Source: Eledone cirrhosa
Lineage: Eukaryota
Direction of reading: 5' to 3'
Length of the DNA: 64,000 bases
NCBI GenBank assembly: GCA_964016885.1
Contig: OZ024740.1
Location: forward strand, 319,176,001-319,240,000
The notes beneath the pieces were generated by a model. It was not told where the DNA came from. It made no database searches and saw nothing but the letters and a program-made list of their open reading frames with translations. A program made the translations under genes and the position numbers. Of this stretch, positions 12,401 to 26,760 are shown piece by piece. How positions within the stretch are numbered: position 1 is the first letter of the stretch; each line of letters begins with the position of its first letter.

Positions 12401-15400
12401 GAAGTCTTTCTACTACAATACTAACTTTAAACAATCCAGGATTGTGTCCTCTATTTCCACAACTTACATTCTATCTGACATTCTAATGACTCTACCAATT
12501 CGCTGTCTTTATACTACAATACTCACAACAAATAATCCATATTGTCTCGTCTATTTCCACAACTTATATTCTATCTGACATTCAAACGACTCCATCAATT
12601 CGAAGTCTTTCTACTACAATACTAACTTTAAACAATCCAGGATTGTCTCCCCTATTTCCACAACTTACATTCTATCTGACATTCTAACGACTCTACCAAT
12701 TCGCTGTATTTCTACTACAATACTAACTTCAAATAATCCAGGATTGTCTCGTCTATTTTCACAACTTACATTCTATCTGACATTCTAACGACTCTACCAA
12801 TTCGAAGTCTTTCTACTACAATACTAACAACAAATAATCTAGGATTGTCTCGTCTATTTCCACAACTTACATTCTATCTGACATTCTAACGACTCTACCA
12901 ATTCGAAGTCTTTCTACTACAATACTCACAACAAATAATCCAGGATTGTCTCGTCTATTTCCACACCTTACATTTTATCTGATATTCTAACGACTCTACC
13001 CATAAGCTGTATTTCTACTACAATACTAACTTCAAATAATCCCGGATTGTCACGTCTATTTCCACAACTTACATTCTATCAGATATTCTAACGACTCTAC
13101 CAATTCGAAGTCTTTCTACTACAATACTAACAACAAATAATTTAGGATTGTCTCGTCTATTTCCACAACTTACATTCTATCTGACGTTCTAACGATTCTA
13201 CCCATTCGCTGTATTTCTACTAAAATACTAACTTCAAATAATCCAGGATTGTCTCGTCTATTTCCACAACTTACATTCTATCTGACATACTAACGACTCT
13301 ACCAATTCGAAGTCTTTCTACTACAATACTAACTTTAAACAATCCAGGAATGTATCCCCTATTTCCACAACTTACATTCTATCTGACATTCTAACGACTC
13401 TACCAATTCGCTGTATTTCTACTACAATACTAACTTCAAATAATCCAGGATTGTATCGGCTATTTCCACAACTTACATTCTATCTGACATTCTAACGACT
13501 ACAAATTCGCTGTCTTTCTACTACAATACTAACAACAAATAATCTAGGATTGTCTCGTCTATTTCCACAACTTACATTCTATCTGATATTCGAACGACTC
13601 TACCAATTCGAAGTCTTTCTACTACAATACTAACAACAAATTATCTAGGATTGTCTCGTCTATTTTCACAACTTACACTCTATCTGTCATTCTAACGACT
13701 CTAACAATTCGAAGTCTTTCTACTACAATACTAACTTCAAATAATCCAGGATTGTCTCGTCTATTTTCCACAACTTACATTCTATCTGATATTCTAACGA
13801 GTCTACCAATTCGATGTCTTTCTACTACAATACTCACAACAAATAATCCAGGATTGTCTCGTCTATTTCCACAACTTACATTCTATCTCACATTCTAACG
13901 TGTCTACCAATTCGCTGTATTTCTACTACAATACTCTCAACAAATAAACCAGGATTGTCTCGCCTATTTCCACAACTTACATTCTATCTGACATACTAAC
14001 GACTCTACCAATTCGAAGTCTTTCTACTACAATACTAACTTTAAACAATCCAGGATTGTGTCCTCTATTTCCACAACTTACATTCTATCTGACATTCTAA
14101 TGACTCTACCAATTCGCTGTCTTTATACTACAATACTCACAACAAATAATCCATATTGTCTCGTCTATTTCCACAACTTATATTCTATCTGACATTCAAA
14201 CGACTCCATCAATTCGAAGTCTTTCTACTACAATACTAACTTTAAACAATCCAGGATTGTCTCCCATATTTCCACAACTTACATTCTATCTGACATTCTA
14301 ACGACTCTACCAATTCGCTGTATTTCTACTACAATACTAACTTCAAATAATCCAGGATTGTCTCGTCTATTTTCACAACTTACATTCTATCTGACATTCT
14401 AACGACTCTACCAATTCGAAGTCTTTCTACTACAATACTAACAACAAATAATCTAGGATTGTCTCGTCTATTTCCACAACTTACATTCTATCTGACATTC
14501 TAACGACTCTACCAATTCGAAGTCTTTCTACTACAATACTCACAACAAATAATCCAGGATTGTCTCGTCTATTTCCACACCTTACATTTTATCTGATATT
14601 CTAACGACTCTACCCATAAGCTGTATTTCTACTACAATACTAACTTCAAATAATCCCGGATTGTCACGTCTATTTCCACAACTTACATTCTATCAGATAT
14701 TCTAACGACTCTACCAATTCGAAGTCTTTCTACTACAATACTAACAACAAATAATTTAGGATTGTCTCGTCTATTTCCACAACTTACATTCTATCTGACG
14801 TTCTAACGATTCTACCCATTCGCTGTATTTCTACTAAAATACTAACTTCAAATAATCCAGGATTGTCTCGTCTATTTCCACAACTTACATTCTATCTGAC
14901 ATACTAACGACTCTACCAATTCGAAGTCTTTCTACTACAATACTAACTTTAAACAATCCAGGAATGTATCCCCTATTTCCACAACTTACATTCTATCTGA
15001 CATTCTAACGACTCTACCAATTCGCTGTATTTCTACTACAATACTAACTTCAAATAATCCAGGATTGTATCGGCTATTTCCACAACTTACATTCTATCTG
15101 ACATTCTAACGACTACAAATTCGCTGTCTTTCTACTACAATACTAACAACAAATAATCTAGGATTGTCTCGTCTATTTCCACAACTTACATTCTATCTGA
15201 TATTCGAACGATTCTACCAATTCGAAGTCTTTCTACTACAATACTAACAACAAATTATCTAGGATTGTCTCGTCTATTTTCACAACTTACACTCTATCTG
15301 TCATTCTAACGACTCTAACAATTCGAAGTCTTTCTACTACAATACTAACTTCAAATAATCCAGGATTGTCTCGTCTATTTTCCACAACTTACATTCTATC

Positions 15401-17488
15401 TGATATTCTAACGACTCTACCAATTCGATGTCTTTCTACTACAATACTCACAACAAATAATCCAGGATTGTCTCGTCTATTTCCACAACTTACATTCTAT
15501 CTCACATTCTAACGTGTCTACCAATTCGCTGTATTTCTACTACAATACTCTCAACAAATAAACCAGGATTGTCTCGCCTATTTCCACAACTTACATTCTA
15601 TCTGACATACTAACGACTCTACCAATTCGAAGTCTTTCTACTACAATACTAACTTTAAACAATCCAGGATTGTGTCCTCTATTTCCACAACTTACATTCT
15701 ATCTGACATTCTAATGACTCTACCAATTCGCTGTCTTTATACTACAATACTCACAACAAATAATCCATATTGTCTCGTCTATTTCCACAACTTATATTCT
15801 ATCTGACATTCAAACGACTCCATCAATTCGAAGTCTTTCTACTACAATACTAACTTTAAACAATCCAGGATTGTCTCCCCTATTTCCACAACTTACATTC
15901 TATCTGACATTCTAACGACTCTACCAATTCGCTGTATTTCTACTACAATACTAACTTCAAATAATCCAGGATTGTCTCGTCTATTTTCACAACTTACATT
16001 CTATCTGACATTCTAACGACTCTACCAATTCGAAGTCTTTCTACTACAATACTCACAACAAATAATCCAGGATTGTCTCGTCTATTTCCACACCTTACAT
16101 TTTATCTGATATTCTAACGACTCTACCCATAAGCTGTATTTCTACTACAATACTAACTTCAAATAATCCCGGATTGTCACGTCTATTTCCACAACTTACA
16201 TTCTATCAGATATTCTAACGACTCTACCAATTCGAAGTCTTTCTACTACAATACTAACAACAAATAATTTAGGATTGTCTCGTCTATTTCCACAACTTAC
16301 ATTCTATCTGACGTTCTAACGATTCTACCCATTCGCTGTATTTCTACTAAAATACTAACTTCAAATAATCCAGGATTGTCTCGTCTATTTCCACAACTTA
16401 CATTCTATCTGACATACTAACGACTCTACCAATTCGAAGTCTTTCTACTACAATACTAACTTTAAACAATCCAGGAATGTATCCCCTATTTCCACAACTT
16501 ACATTCTATCTGACATTCTAACGACTCTACCAATTCGCTGTATTTCTACTACAATACTAACTTCAAATAATCCAGGATTGTATCGGCTATTTCCACAACT
16601 TACATTCTATCTGACATTCTAACGACTACAAATTCGCTGTCTTTCTACTACAATACTAACAACAAATAATCTAGGATTGTCTCGTCTATTTCCACAACTT
16701 ACATTCTATCTGATATTCGAACGACTCTACCAATTCGAAGTCTTTCTACTACAATACTAACAACAAATTATCTAGGATTGTCTCGTCTATTTTCACAACT
16801 TACACTCTATCTGTCATTCTAACGACTCTAACAATTCGAAGTCTTTCTACTACAATACTAACTTCAAATAATCCAGGATTGTCTCGTCTATTTTCCACAA
16901 CTTACATTCTATCTGATATTCTAACGACTCTACCAATTCGATGTCTTTCTACTACAATACTCACAACAAATAATCCAGGATTGTCTCGTCTATTTCCACA
17001 ACTTACATTCTATCTCACATTCTAACGTGTCTACCAATTCGCTGTATTTCTACTACAATACTCTCAACAAATAAACCAGGATTGTCTCGCCTATTTCCAC
17101 AACTTACATTCTATCTGACATACTAACGACTCTACCAATTCGAAGTCTTTCTACTACAATACTAACTTTAAACAATCCAGGATTGTGTCCTCTATTTCCA
17201 CAACTTACATTCTATCTGACATTCTAATGACTCTACCAATTCGCTGTCTTTATACTACAATACTCACAACAAATAATCCATATTGTCTCGTCTATTTCCA
17301 CAACTTATATTCTATCTGACATTCAAACGACTCCATCAATTCGAAGTCTTTCTACTACAATACTAACTTTAAACAATCCAGGATTGTCTCCCCTATTTCC
17401 ACAACTTACATTCTATCTGACATTCTAACGACTCTACCAATTCGCTGTATTTCTACTACAATACTAACTTCAAATAATCCAGGATTGT
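9482..17488 (+). repeat. 16-monomer HOR, 1614 bp, about 5 near-identical copies; the last copy lacks one monomer (1513 bp)
   Basis: AATGTATCCC at 10121, 11735, 13349, 14963 and 16476. TAATCCCGG at 9809, 11423, 13037, 14651 and 16164. Both give offsets 1614, 1614, 1614, 1513. Confidence 0.96.
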
Positions 17489-19759
17489 ATCGGCTATTTC
17501 CACAACTTACATTCTATCTGACATTCTAACGACTCTACCAATTCGCTGTGTTTCTACTACAATACTAACAACAAATAATCTAGGATTGTCTCGTCTATTT
17601 CCACAACTTACATTCTATCTGACATTCTAACGACTCTACCAATTTGAAGTCTTTCTACTACAATACTCACAACAAATAATCAAGGATTGTCTCGTCTATT
17701 TCCACACCTTACATTCTATCTGATATTCTAACGACTCTACCCATTCGCTGTATTTCTACTACAATACTAACTTCAAATAATCCAGGATTGTCTCGTCTAT
17801 TTCCACAACTTACATTCCATCTCACATTCTAACGACTCGACCAATTCGAAGTCTTTCTACTACAATACTCACAACAAATAATCAAGGATTGTAACGTCTA
17901 TTTCCACAACTTACATTCTATCTGACATTCTAACGACTCTACCAATTCGAAGTCTTTCTACTACAATACTCACAACAAATAATCCAGGATTGTCTCCTCT
18001 ATTTCCACAACTTACATTCTATCTGACATGCTAACGACTCTACCAATTCGCTGTATTTCTACTACAATACTCACAACAAATAATCCAGCATAGTCTTGTC
18101 TATTTCCACAACACACGTTCTAACTGACATTCTAACGACTCTACCAATTCGAAGTCTTTCTACTACAATACTCACAACAAATAATCCAGGATTGTCTCCT
18201 CTATTTCCACAACTTACATTCTATCTGACATGCTAACGACTCTACCAATTCGCAGTATTTCTACTACAATACTCACAACAAATAATCCAGCATAGTCTTG
18301 TCTATTTCCACAACACACATTCTAATTGACATTCTAACGACTCTACCAATTCGAAGTCTTTCTACTACAATACTCACAACAAATAATCCAGGATTATCTC
18401 GTCTATTTCCACAACTTACATACTATCTGACATTCTAACGACACTACCAATTCGAAGTCTTTCTACTACAATACTAACTTTAAATAATCCAGGATTGTCT
18501 CCTCTATTTCAACAACTTACATTCTATCTGACATTCTAACGCCTCTACCAATTGGAGGTCTTTCTACTACAATACTAAAAACAAATAATCCAGGATTGTC
18601 TCGTCTATTTCCACAACTTACATTCCATCTCACATTCTAACGACTCTACCAATTCGAGGTCTTTCTACTAAAATACTAACTTCAAATAATCCAGGATTGT
18701 CTCGTCTATTTCCACAACTTACATTCCATCTCACATTCTAAAGACTCTACCAATTCAAAGTCTTTCTACTACAGTACTCACAACAAATAATCAAGGTTTG
18801 TATCGTCTATTTCCACAACTTACATTTATCTGACATTCTAACGACTGTACCGATTCGAAGCCTTTCTACTACAATACTCACAACAAATAATCCAGGATTG
18901 TCTCGTCTATTTCCACACCTTACATTCTATCTGACATTCTAACGACTCTACCAATTCGAAGTCTTTCTACTACAATACTCACAACAAATAATCCAGGATT
19001 GTCTCGTCTATTTCCACACCTTACATTTTATCTGATATTCTAACGACTCTACCCATAAGCTGTATTTCTACTACAATACTAACTTCAAATAATCCCGGAT
19101 TGTCACGTCTATTTCCACAACTTACATTCTATCAGATATTCTAACGACTCTACCAATTCGAGGTCTTTCTACTACAATACTCACAACAATTAATCCAGGA
19201 TTGTCTCGTCTATTTCCACAACTTACATTCTATCTCACATTCTAACGACTCTACCAATTCGCTGTCTTTCTAATACAATACTAACTTCAAATAATCCGGG
19301 ATTGTCTCGTCTATTTCCACAACTTACATTCTGTCTGACATTCTAACGACTCTACCAATTCGAAGTCATTCTACTACAATACTCACAACAAATAATCCAG
19401 GATTGTCTCGTCTATTTCCACAACTTACATTCTATCTAAAAGTCTAACGACTCTACCAATTCGAAGTCTTTCTACTACAATACTAACATCAACTAATCTA
19501 GGATTGTCTCGTCTATTTCCACAACTTACATATCTGACATTCTAACGACTCTACCAATTTGAAGTCTTTCTACTACAATACTCACAACAAATAATCCAGG
19601 ATTGTCTCATCTATTTCCACAAATTACATTCTATCTGATATTCGAACGACTCTACCAATTCGAAGTATTTCTACTACAATACTAACAACAAATAATCCAG
19701 GATTGTCTCGTCTATTTCCACAACTTACATACTATCTGACATTCTAACGACTCTACCAA

Positions 19760-22700
19760 TTCGAAGTCTTTCTACTACAATACTAACTTTAAATAATCCA
19801 GGATTGTCTCCTCTATTTCAACAACTTACATTCTATCTGACATTCTAACGACTCTACCAATTCGAGGTCTTTCTACTACAATACTCACAACAAATAATCC
19901 AGGATTGTCTCGTCTATTTCCACACCTTACATTCTATCTGACATTCTAACGACTCTACCCATTCGCTGTATTTCTACTAAAATACTAACTTCAAATAATC
20001 CAGGATTGTCTCGTCTATTTCCACGACTTACATTCCATCTCACATTCTAACGACTCTACCAATTCTAAGTCTTTCTACTACAGTACTCACAACAAATAAT
20101 CAAGGTTTGTATCGTCTATTTCCACAACTTACATTTATCTGACATTCTAACGACTGTACCAATTCGAAGCCTTTCTACTACAATACTCACAACAAATAAT
20201 CCAGGATTGTCTCGTCTATTTCCACACCTTACATTCTATCTGACATTCTAACGACTCTACCAATTCGAAGTCTTTCTACTACAATACTAACTTCAAATAA
20301 TCCAGGATTGTCTCGTCTATTTCCACAACTTACATTCTATCTGACATTCTAACGACTCTACCAATTCGAAGTCTTTCTACTACAATACTAACAACAAATA
20401 ATCTAGGATTGTCTCGTCTATTTCCACAACTTACATTCTATCTGACATTCTAAAGACTCTACCAATTCGAAGTCTTTCTACTACAATACTCACAACAAAT
20501 AATCCAGGATTGTCTCGTCTATTTCCACACCTTACATTTTATCTGATATTCTAACGACTCTACCCATAAGCTGTATTTCTACTACAATACTAACTTCAAA
20601 TAATCCAGGATTGTCACGTCTATTTCCACAACTTACATTCTATCTGACATTCTAAAGACTCTACCAATTCGAAGTCTTTCTACTACAATACTGACAACAA
20701 ATAATTTAGGATTGTCTCGTCTATTTCCACGCCTTACATTCTATCTGACGTTCTAACGATTCTACCCATTCGCTGTATTTCTAATAAAATACTAACTTCA
20801 AATAATCCAGCATTGTCTCGTCTATTTCCACAACTTACATTCTATCTGATATTCTAACGACTCGACCAATTCGAAGTCTTTCTACTACAATACTCACAAC
20901 AAATAATCAAGGATTGTAACGTCTATTTCCACAACTTACATTCTATCTGACATGCTAACGACTCTACCAATTCGCTGTATTTCTACTACAATACTCACAA
21001 CAAATAATCCAGCATAGTCTTGTCTATTTCCACAACACACATTCTATCTGACATTCTAACGACTCTATCAATTTGAGGTCTTTCTACTACAATACTCACA
21101 ACAAATAATCCAGGATTGTCTCGTCTATTTCTACACCTTACATTCTATCTGACATTCTAACGACTCTACCAATTCGCTGTATTTCTACTAAAAAACTAAC
21201 TTCAAATAATCCAGGATTGTCTCATCTATTTCCACAACTTACATTCTATCTGATATTCTAACGACTCTACCAATTCGAGGTCTTTCTACTCACAACAAAT
21301 AATCCAGGATTGTCTCGTCTATTTCCACAACTTACATTCTATCTCACATTCTAACGACTCTACCAATTCGCTGTCTTTCTAATACAATACTAACTTCAAA
21401 TAATCCGGGATTGTCTCGTCTATTTCCACAACTTACATTCTGTCTGACATTCTAACGACTCTACCAATTCGAAGTCATTCTACTACAATACTCACAACAA
21501 ATAATCCAGGATTGTCTCGTCTATTTCCACAACTTACATTCTATCTAAAAGTCTAACTACTCTACCAATTCGAAGTCTTTCTACTACAATACTCACAACA
21601 AATAATCCAGGATTGTCTCGTCTATTTCCACACCTTACATTCTCTCTGACATTCTAACGACTCTACCAATTCGCTGTATTTCTACTAAAATACTAACTTC
21701 AAATAATCCAGGATTGTCTCGTCTATTTCCACAACTTACATACTATCTGACATTCTAACGACTCTACCAATTCGAAGTCTTTCTACTACAATACTAACTT
21801 TAAATAATCCAGGATTGTCTCCTCTATTTCAACAACTTACATTCTATCTGACATTCTAACGACTCTACCAATTCGAAGTCTTTCTACTACAATACTAACA
21901 ACAAATAATCTAGGATCGTCTCGTCTATTTCCACAACTTACATTCTATCTGACATTCTAACGACTCTACCAATTCGAAGTCTTTCTACTACAATACTCAC
22001 ACTAAATAATCCAGGTTTGTCTCGTCTATTTCCATACCTTACATTTTATCTGATATTCTAACGACTCTACCCATAAGCTGTATTTCTACTACAATACTAA
22101 CTTCAAATAATCCAGGATTGTCACGTCTATTTCCACAACTTACATTCTATCTGATATTCTAACGACTCTACCAATTCGAAGTCTTTTTACTACAATACTC
22201 ACAACAAATAATCCAGGATTGTCTCGTCTATTTCCACGCCTTACATTCTATCTGATATTCTAACGACTATACCCATAAGCTGTAATTCTACTAAAATACT
22301 AACTTCAAATAATCCAGGATTGTCACGTCTATTTCCACAACTTACATTCTATCTGATATTCTAACGACTCGACCTATTCGAAGTCTTTCTACTACAATAC
22401 ACACAACAAATAATCAAGGATTGTAACGTCTATTTCCACAACTTACATTCTATCTGACATTCTAACGACTCTACCAATTCGAAGTCTTTCTACTACAATA
22501 CTCACGACAAATAATCCTGGATTGTCTCCTCTATTTCAACAACTTACATTCTATCTGACATTCTAACGACTCTACCAATTCGAGGTCTTTCTACTACAAT
22601 ACTCACAAAAAATAATCAAGGATTGTATCGTCTATTTCCACAACTTACATTCTATCTGACATACTAACGACTCTACCAATTCGAAGTCTTTCCACTACAA

Positions 22701-25700
22701 TACTCACAACAAATAATCCAGGATTGTCTCGTCTATTTCCACACCTTACATTCTATCTGACATTCTAACGACTCTACCAATTCGAGGTCTTTCTACTACA
22801 ATACTCACAACAAATAATCAAGGATTGTATCGTCTATTTCCACCACTTACATTCTATCTGACATTCAATCGACTCTATCAATTCGAAGTCTTTCTACTAC
22901 AATACTAATAACAAATAATCCAGGATTGTCTCGTCTATTTCCACAAGTTACATTCTATCTGACATTCTAACGACTCTACCAATTCGAAGTCTTTCTACTA
23001 CAATACTCACAACAAATAATCAAGGATTGTAACGTCTATTTCCACAACTTACATTCTATCTGACATGCTAACGACTCTACCAATTCGCTGTATTTCTACT
23101 ACAATACTCACAACAAATAATCCAGCATAGTCTTGTCTATTTCCACAACACACATTCTATCTGACATTCTAACGACTCTACCAATTTGAGGTCTTTCTAC
23201 TACAATACTCACAACAAATAATCCAGGATTGTCTCGTCTATTTCTACACCTTACATTCTATCTGACATTCTAACGACTCTACCAATTCGCTGTATTTCTA
23301 CTAAAATACTAACTTCAAATAATCCAGGATTGTCTCATCTATTTCCACAACTTACATTCTATCTGATATTCTAACGACTCTACCAATTCGAGGTCTTTCT
23401 ACTCACAAAAAATAATCCAGGATTGTCTCGTCTATTTCCACAACTTACATTCTATCTCACATTCTAACGACTCTACCAATTCGCTGTCTTTCTAATACAA
23501 TACTAACTTCAAATAATCCGGGATTGTCTCGTCTATTTCCACAACTTACATTCTGTCTGACATTCTAACGACTCTACCAATTCGAAGTCATTCTACTACA
23601 ATACTCACAACAAATAATCCAGGATTGTCTCGTCTATTTCCACAACTTACATTCTATCTAAAAGTCTAACGACTCTACCAATTCGAAGTCTTTCTACTAC
23701 AATACTAACATCAACTAATCTAGGATTGTCTCGTCTATTTCCACAACTTACATATCTGACATTCTAACGACTCTACCAATTTGAAGTCTTTCTACTACAA
23801 TACTCACAACAAATAATCAAGGATTGTCACGTCTATTTCCACAACTTACATTCTATCTGATATTCTAACGACACTACCAATTCGAAGTCTTTCTACTACA
23901 ATACTAACTTTAAATAATCCAGGATTGTCTCCTCTATTTCAACAACTTACATTCTATCTGACATTCTAACGACTCTACCAATTCGAGGTCTTTCTACTAC
24001 AATACTCACAACAAATAATCCAGGATTGTCTCGTCTATTTCCACACCTTACATTCTATCTGACATTCTAACGACTCTACCCATTCGCTGTATTTCTACTA
24101 AAATACTAACTTCAAATAATCCAGGATTGTCTCGTCTATTTCCACGACTTACATTCCATCTCACATTCTAACGACTCTACCAATTCGAAGTCTTTCTACT
24201 ACAGTACTCACAACAAATAATCAAGGTTTGTATCGTCTATTTCCACAACTTACATTTATCTGACATTCTAACGACTCTACCAATTCGAAGCCTTTCTACT
24301 ACAATACTCACAACAAATAATCCAGGATTGTCTCGTCTATTTCCACACCTTACATTCTATCTGACATTCTAACGACTCTACCAATTCGAAGTCTTTCTAC
24401 TACAATACTAACTTCAAATAATCCAGGATTGTCTCGTCTATTTCCACAACTTACATTCTGTCTGACATTCTAACGACTCTACCAATTCGAAGTCTTTCTA
24501 CTACAATACTAACAACAAATAATCTAGGATTGTCTCGTCTATTTCCACAACTTACATTCTATCTGACATTCTAAAGACTCTACCAATTCGAAGTCTTTCT
24601 ACTACAATACTCACAACAAATAATCCAGGATTGTCTCGTCTATTTCCACACCTTACATTTTATCTGATATTCTAACGACTCTACCCATAAGCTGTATTTC
24701 TACTACAATACTAACTTCAAATAATCCAGGATTGTCACGTCTATTTCCACAACTTACATTCTATCTGACATTCTAAAGACTCTACCAATTCGAAGTCTTT
24801 CTACTACAATACTGACAACAAATAATTTAGGATTGTCTCGTCTATTTCCACGCCTTACATTCTATCTGACGTTCTAACGATTCTACCCATTCGCTGTATT
24901 TCTAATAAAATACTAACTTCAAATAATCCAGCATTGTCTCGTCTATTTCCACAACTTACATTCTATCTGATATTCTAACGACTCGACCAATTCGAAGTCT
25001 TTCTACTACAATACTCACAACAAATAATCAAGGATTGTAACGTCTATTTCCACAACTTACATTCTATCTGACATGCTAACGACTCTACCAATTCGCTGTA
25101 TTTCTACTACAATACTCACAACAAATAATCCAGCATAGTCTTGTCTATTTCCACAACACACATTCTATCTGACATTCTAACGACTCTATCAATTTGAGGT
25201 CTTTCTACTACAATACTCACAACAAATAATCCAGGATTGTCTCGTCTATTTCTACACCTTACATTCTATCTGACATTCTAACGACTCTACCAATTCGCTG
25301 TATTTCTACTAAAATACTAACTTCAAATAATCCAGGATTGTCTCATCTATTTCCACAACTTACATTCTATCTGATATTCTAACGACTCTACCAATTCGAG
25401 GTCTTTCTACTCACAACAAATAATCCAGGATTGTCTCGTCTATTTCCACAACTTACATTCTATCTCACATTCTAACGACTCTATCAATTCGCTGTCTTTC
25501 TAATACAATACTAACTTCAAATAATCCGGGATTGTCTCGTCTATTTCCACAATTTACATTCTGTCTGACATTCTAACGACTCTACCAATTCGAAGTCATT
25601 CTACTACAATACTCACAACAAATAATCCAGGATTGTCTCGTCTATTTCCACAACTTACATTCTATCTAAAAGTCTAACGACTCTACCAATTCGAAGTCTT

Positions 25701-26760
25701 TCTACTACAATACTCACAACAAAAAATCCAGGATTGTCTCGTCTATTTCCACACCTTACATTCTCTCTGACATTCTAACGACTCTACCAATTCGCTGTAT
25801 TTCTACTAAAATACTAACTTCAAATAATCCAGGATTGTCTCGTCTATTTCCACAACTTACATACTATCTGACATTCTAACGACTCTACCAATTCGAAGTC
25901 TTTCTACTACAATACTAACTTTAAATAATCCAGGATTGTCTCCTCTATTTCAACAACTTACATTCTATCTGACATTCTAACGACTCTACCAATTCGAAGT
26001 CTTTCTACTACAATACTAACAACAAATAATCTAGGATCGTCTCGTCTATTTCCACAACTTACATTCTATCTGACATTCTAACGACTCTACCAATTCGAAG
26101 TCTTTCTACTACAATACTCACACTAAATAATCCAGGATTGTCTCGTCTATTTCCATACCTTACATGTTATCTGATATTCTAACGACTCTACCCATAAGCT
26201 CTATTTCTACTACAATACTAACTTCAAATAATCCAGGATTGTCACGTCTATTTCCACAACTTACATTCTATCTGATATTCTAACGACTCTACCAATTCGA
26301 AGTCTTTCTACTACAATACTCACAACAAATAATCCAGGATTGTCTCGTCTATTTCCACGCCTTATATTCTATCTGATATTCTAACGACTCTACCCATAAG
26401 CTGTAATTCTACTACAATACTAACTTCAAATAATCCAGGATTGTCTCGTCTATTTCCACAACTTACATTCTATCTGATATTCTAACGACTCGACCTATTC
26501 GAAGTCTTTCTACTACAATACACACAACAAATAATCAAGGATTGTAACGTCTATTTCCACAACTTACATTCTATCTGACATTCTAACGACTCTACCAATT
26601 CGAAGTCTTTCTACTACAATACTCACGACAAATAATCCTGGATTGTCTCCTCTATTTCAACAACTTACATTCTATCTGACATTCTAACGACTCTACCAAT
26701 TCGAGGTCTTTCTACTACAATACTCACAACAAATAATCAAGGATTGTATCGTCTATTTCC
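19760..26760 (+). repeat. Block duplication of ~2.9 kb at a 4121-bp (41-monomer) offset
   Basis: CCACGACTT 20021/24142, CTGACAACA 20691/24812, 8-bp-deleted monomer 21281/25402, ACTAAATAA 22001/26122 and AATCCTGG 22513/26634 all give offset 4121. Confidence 0.92.
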
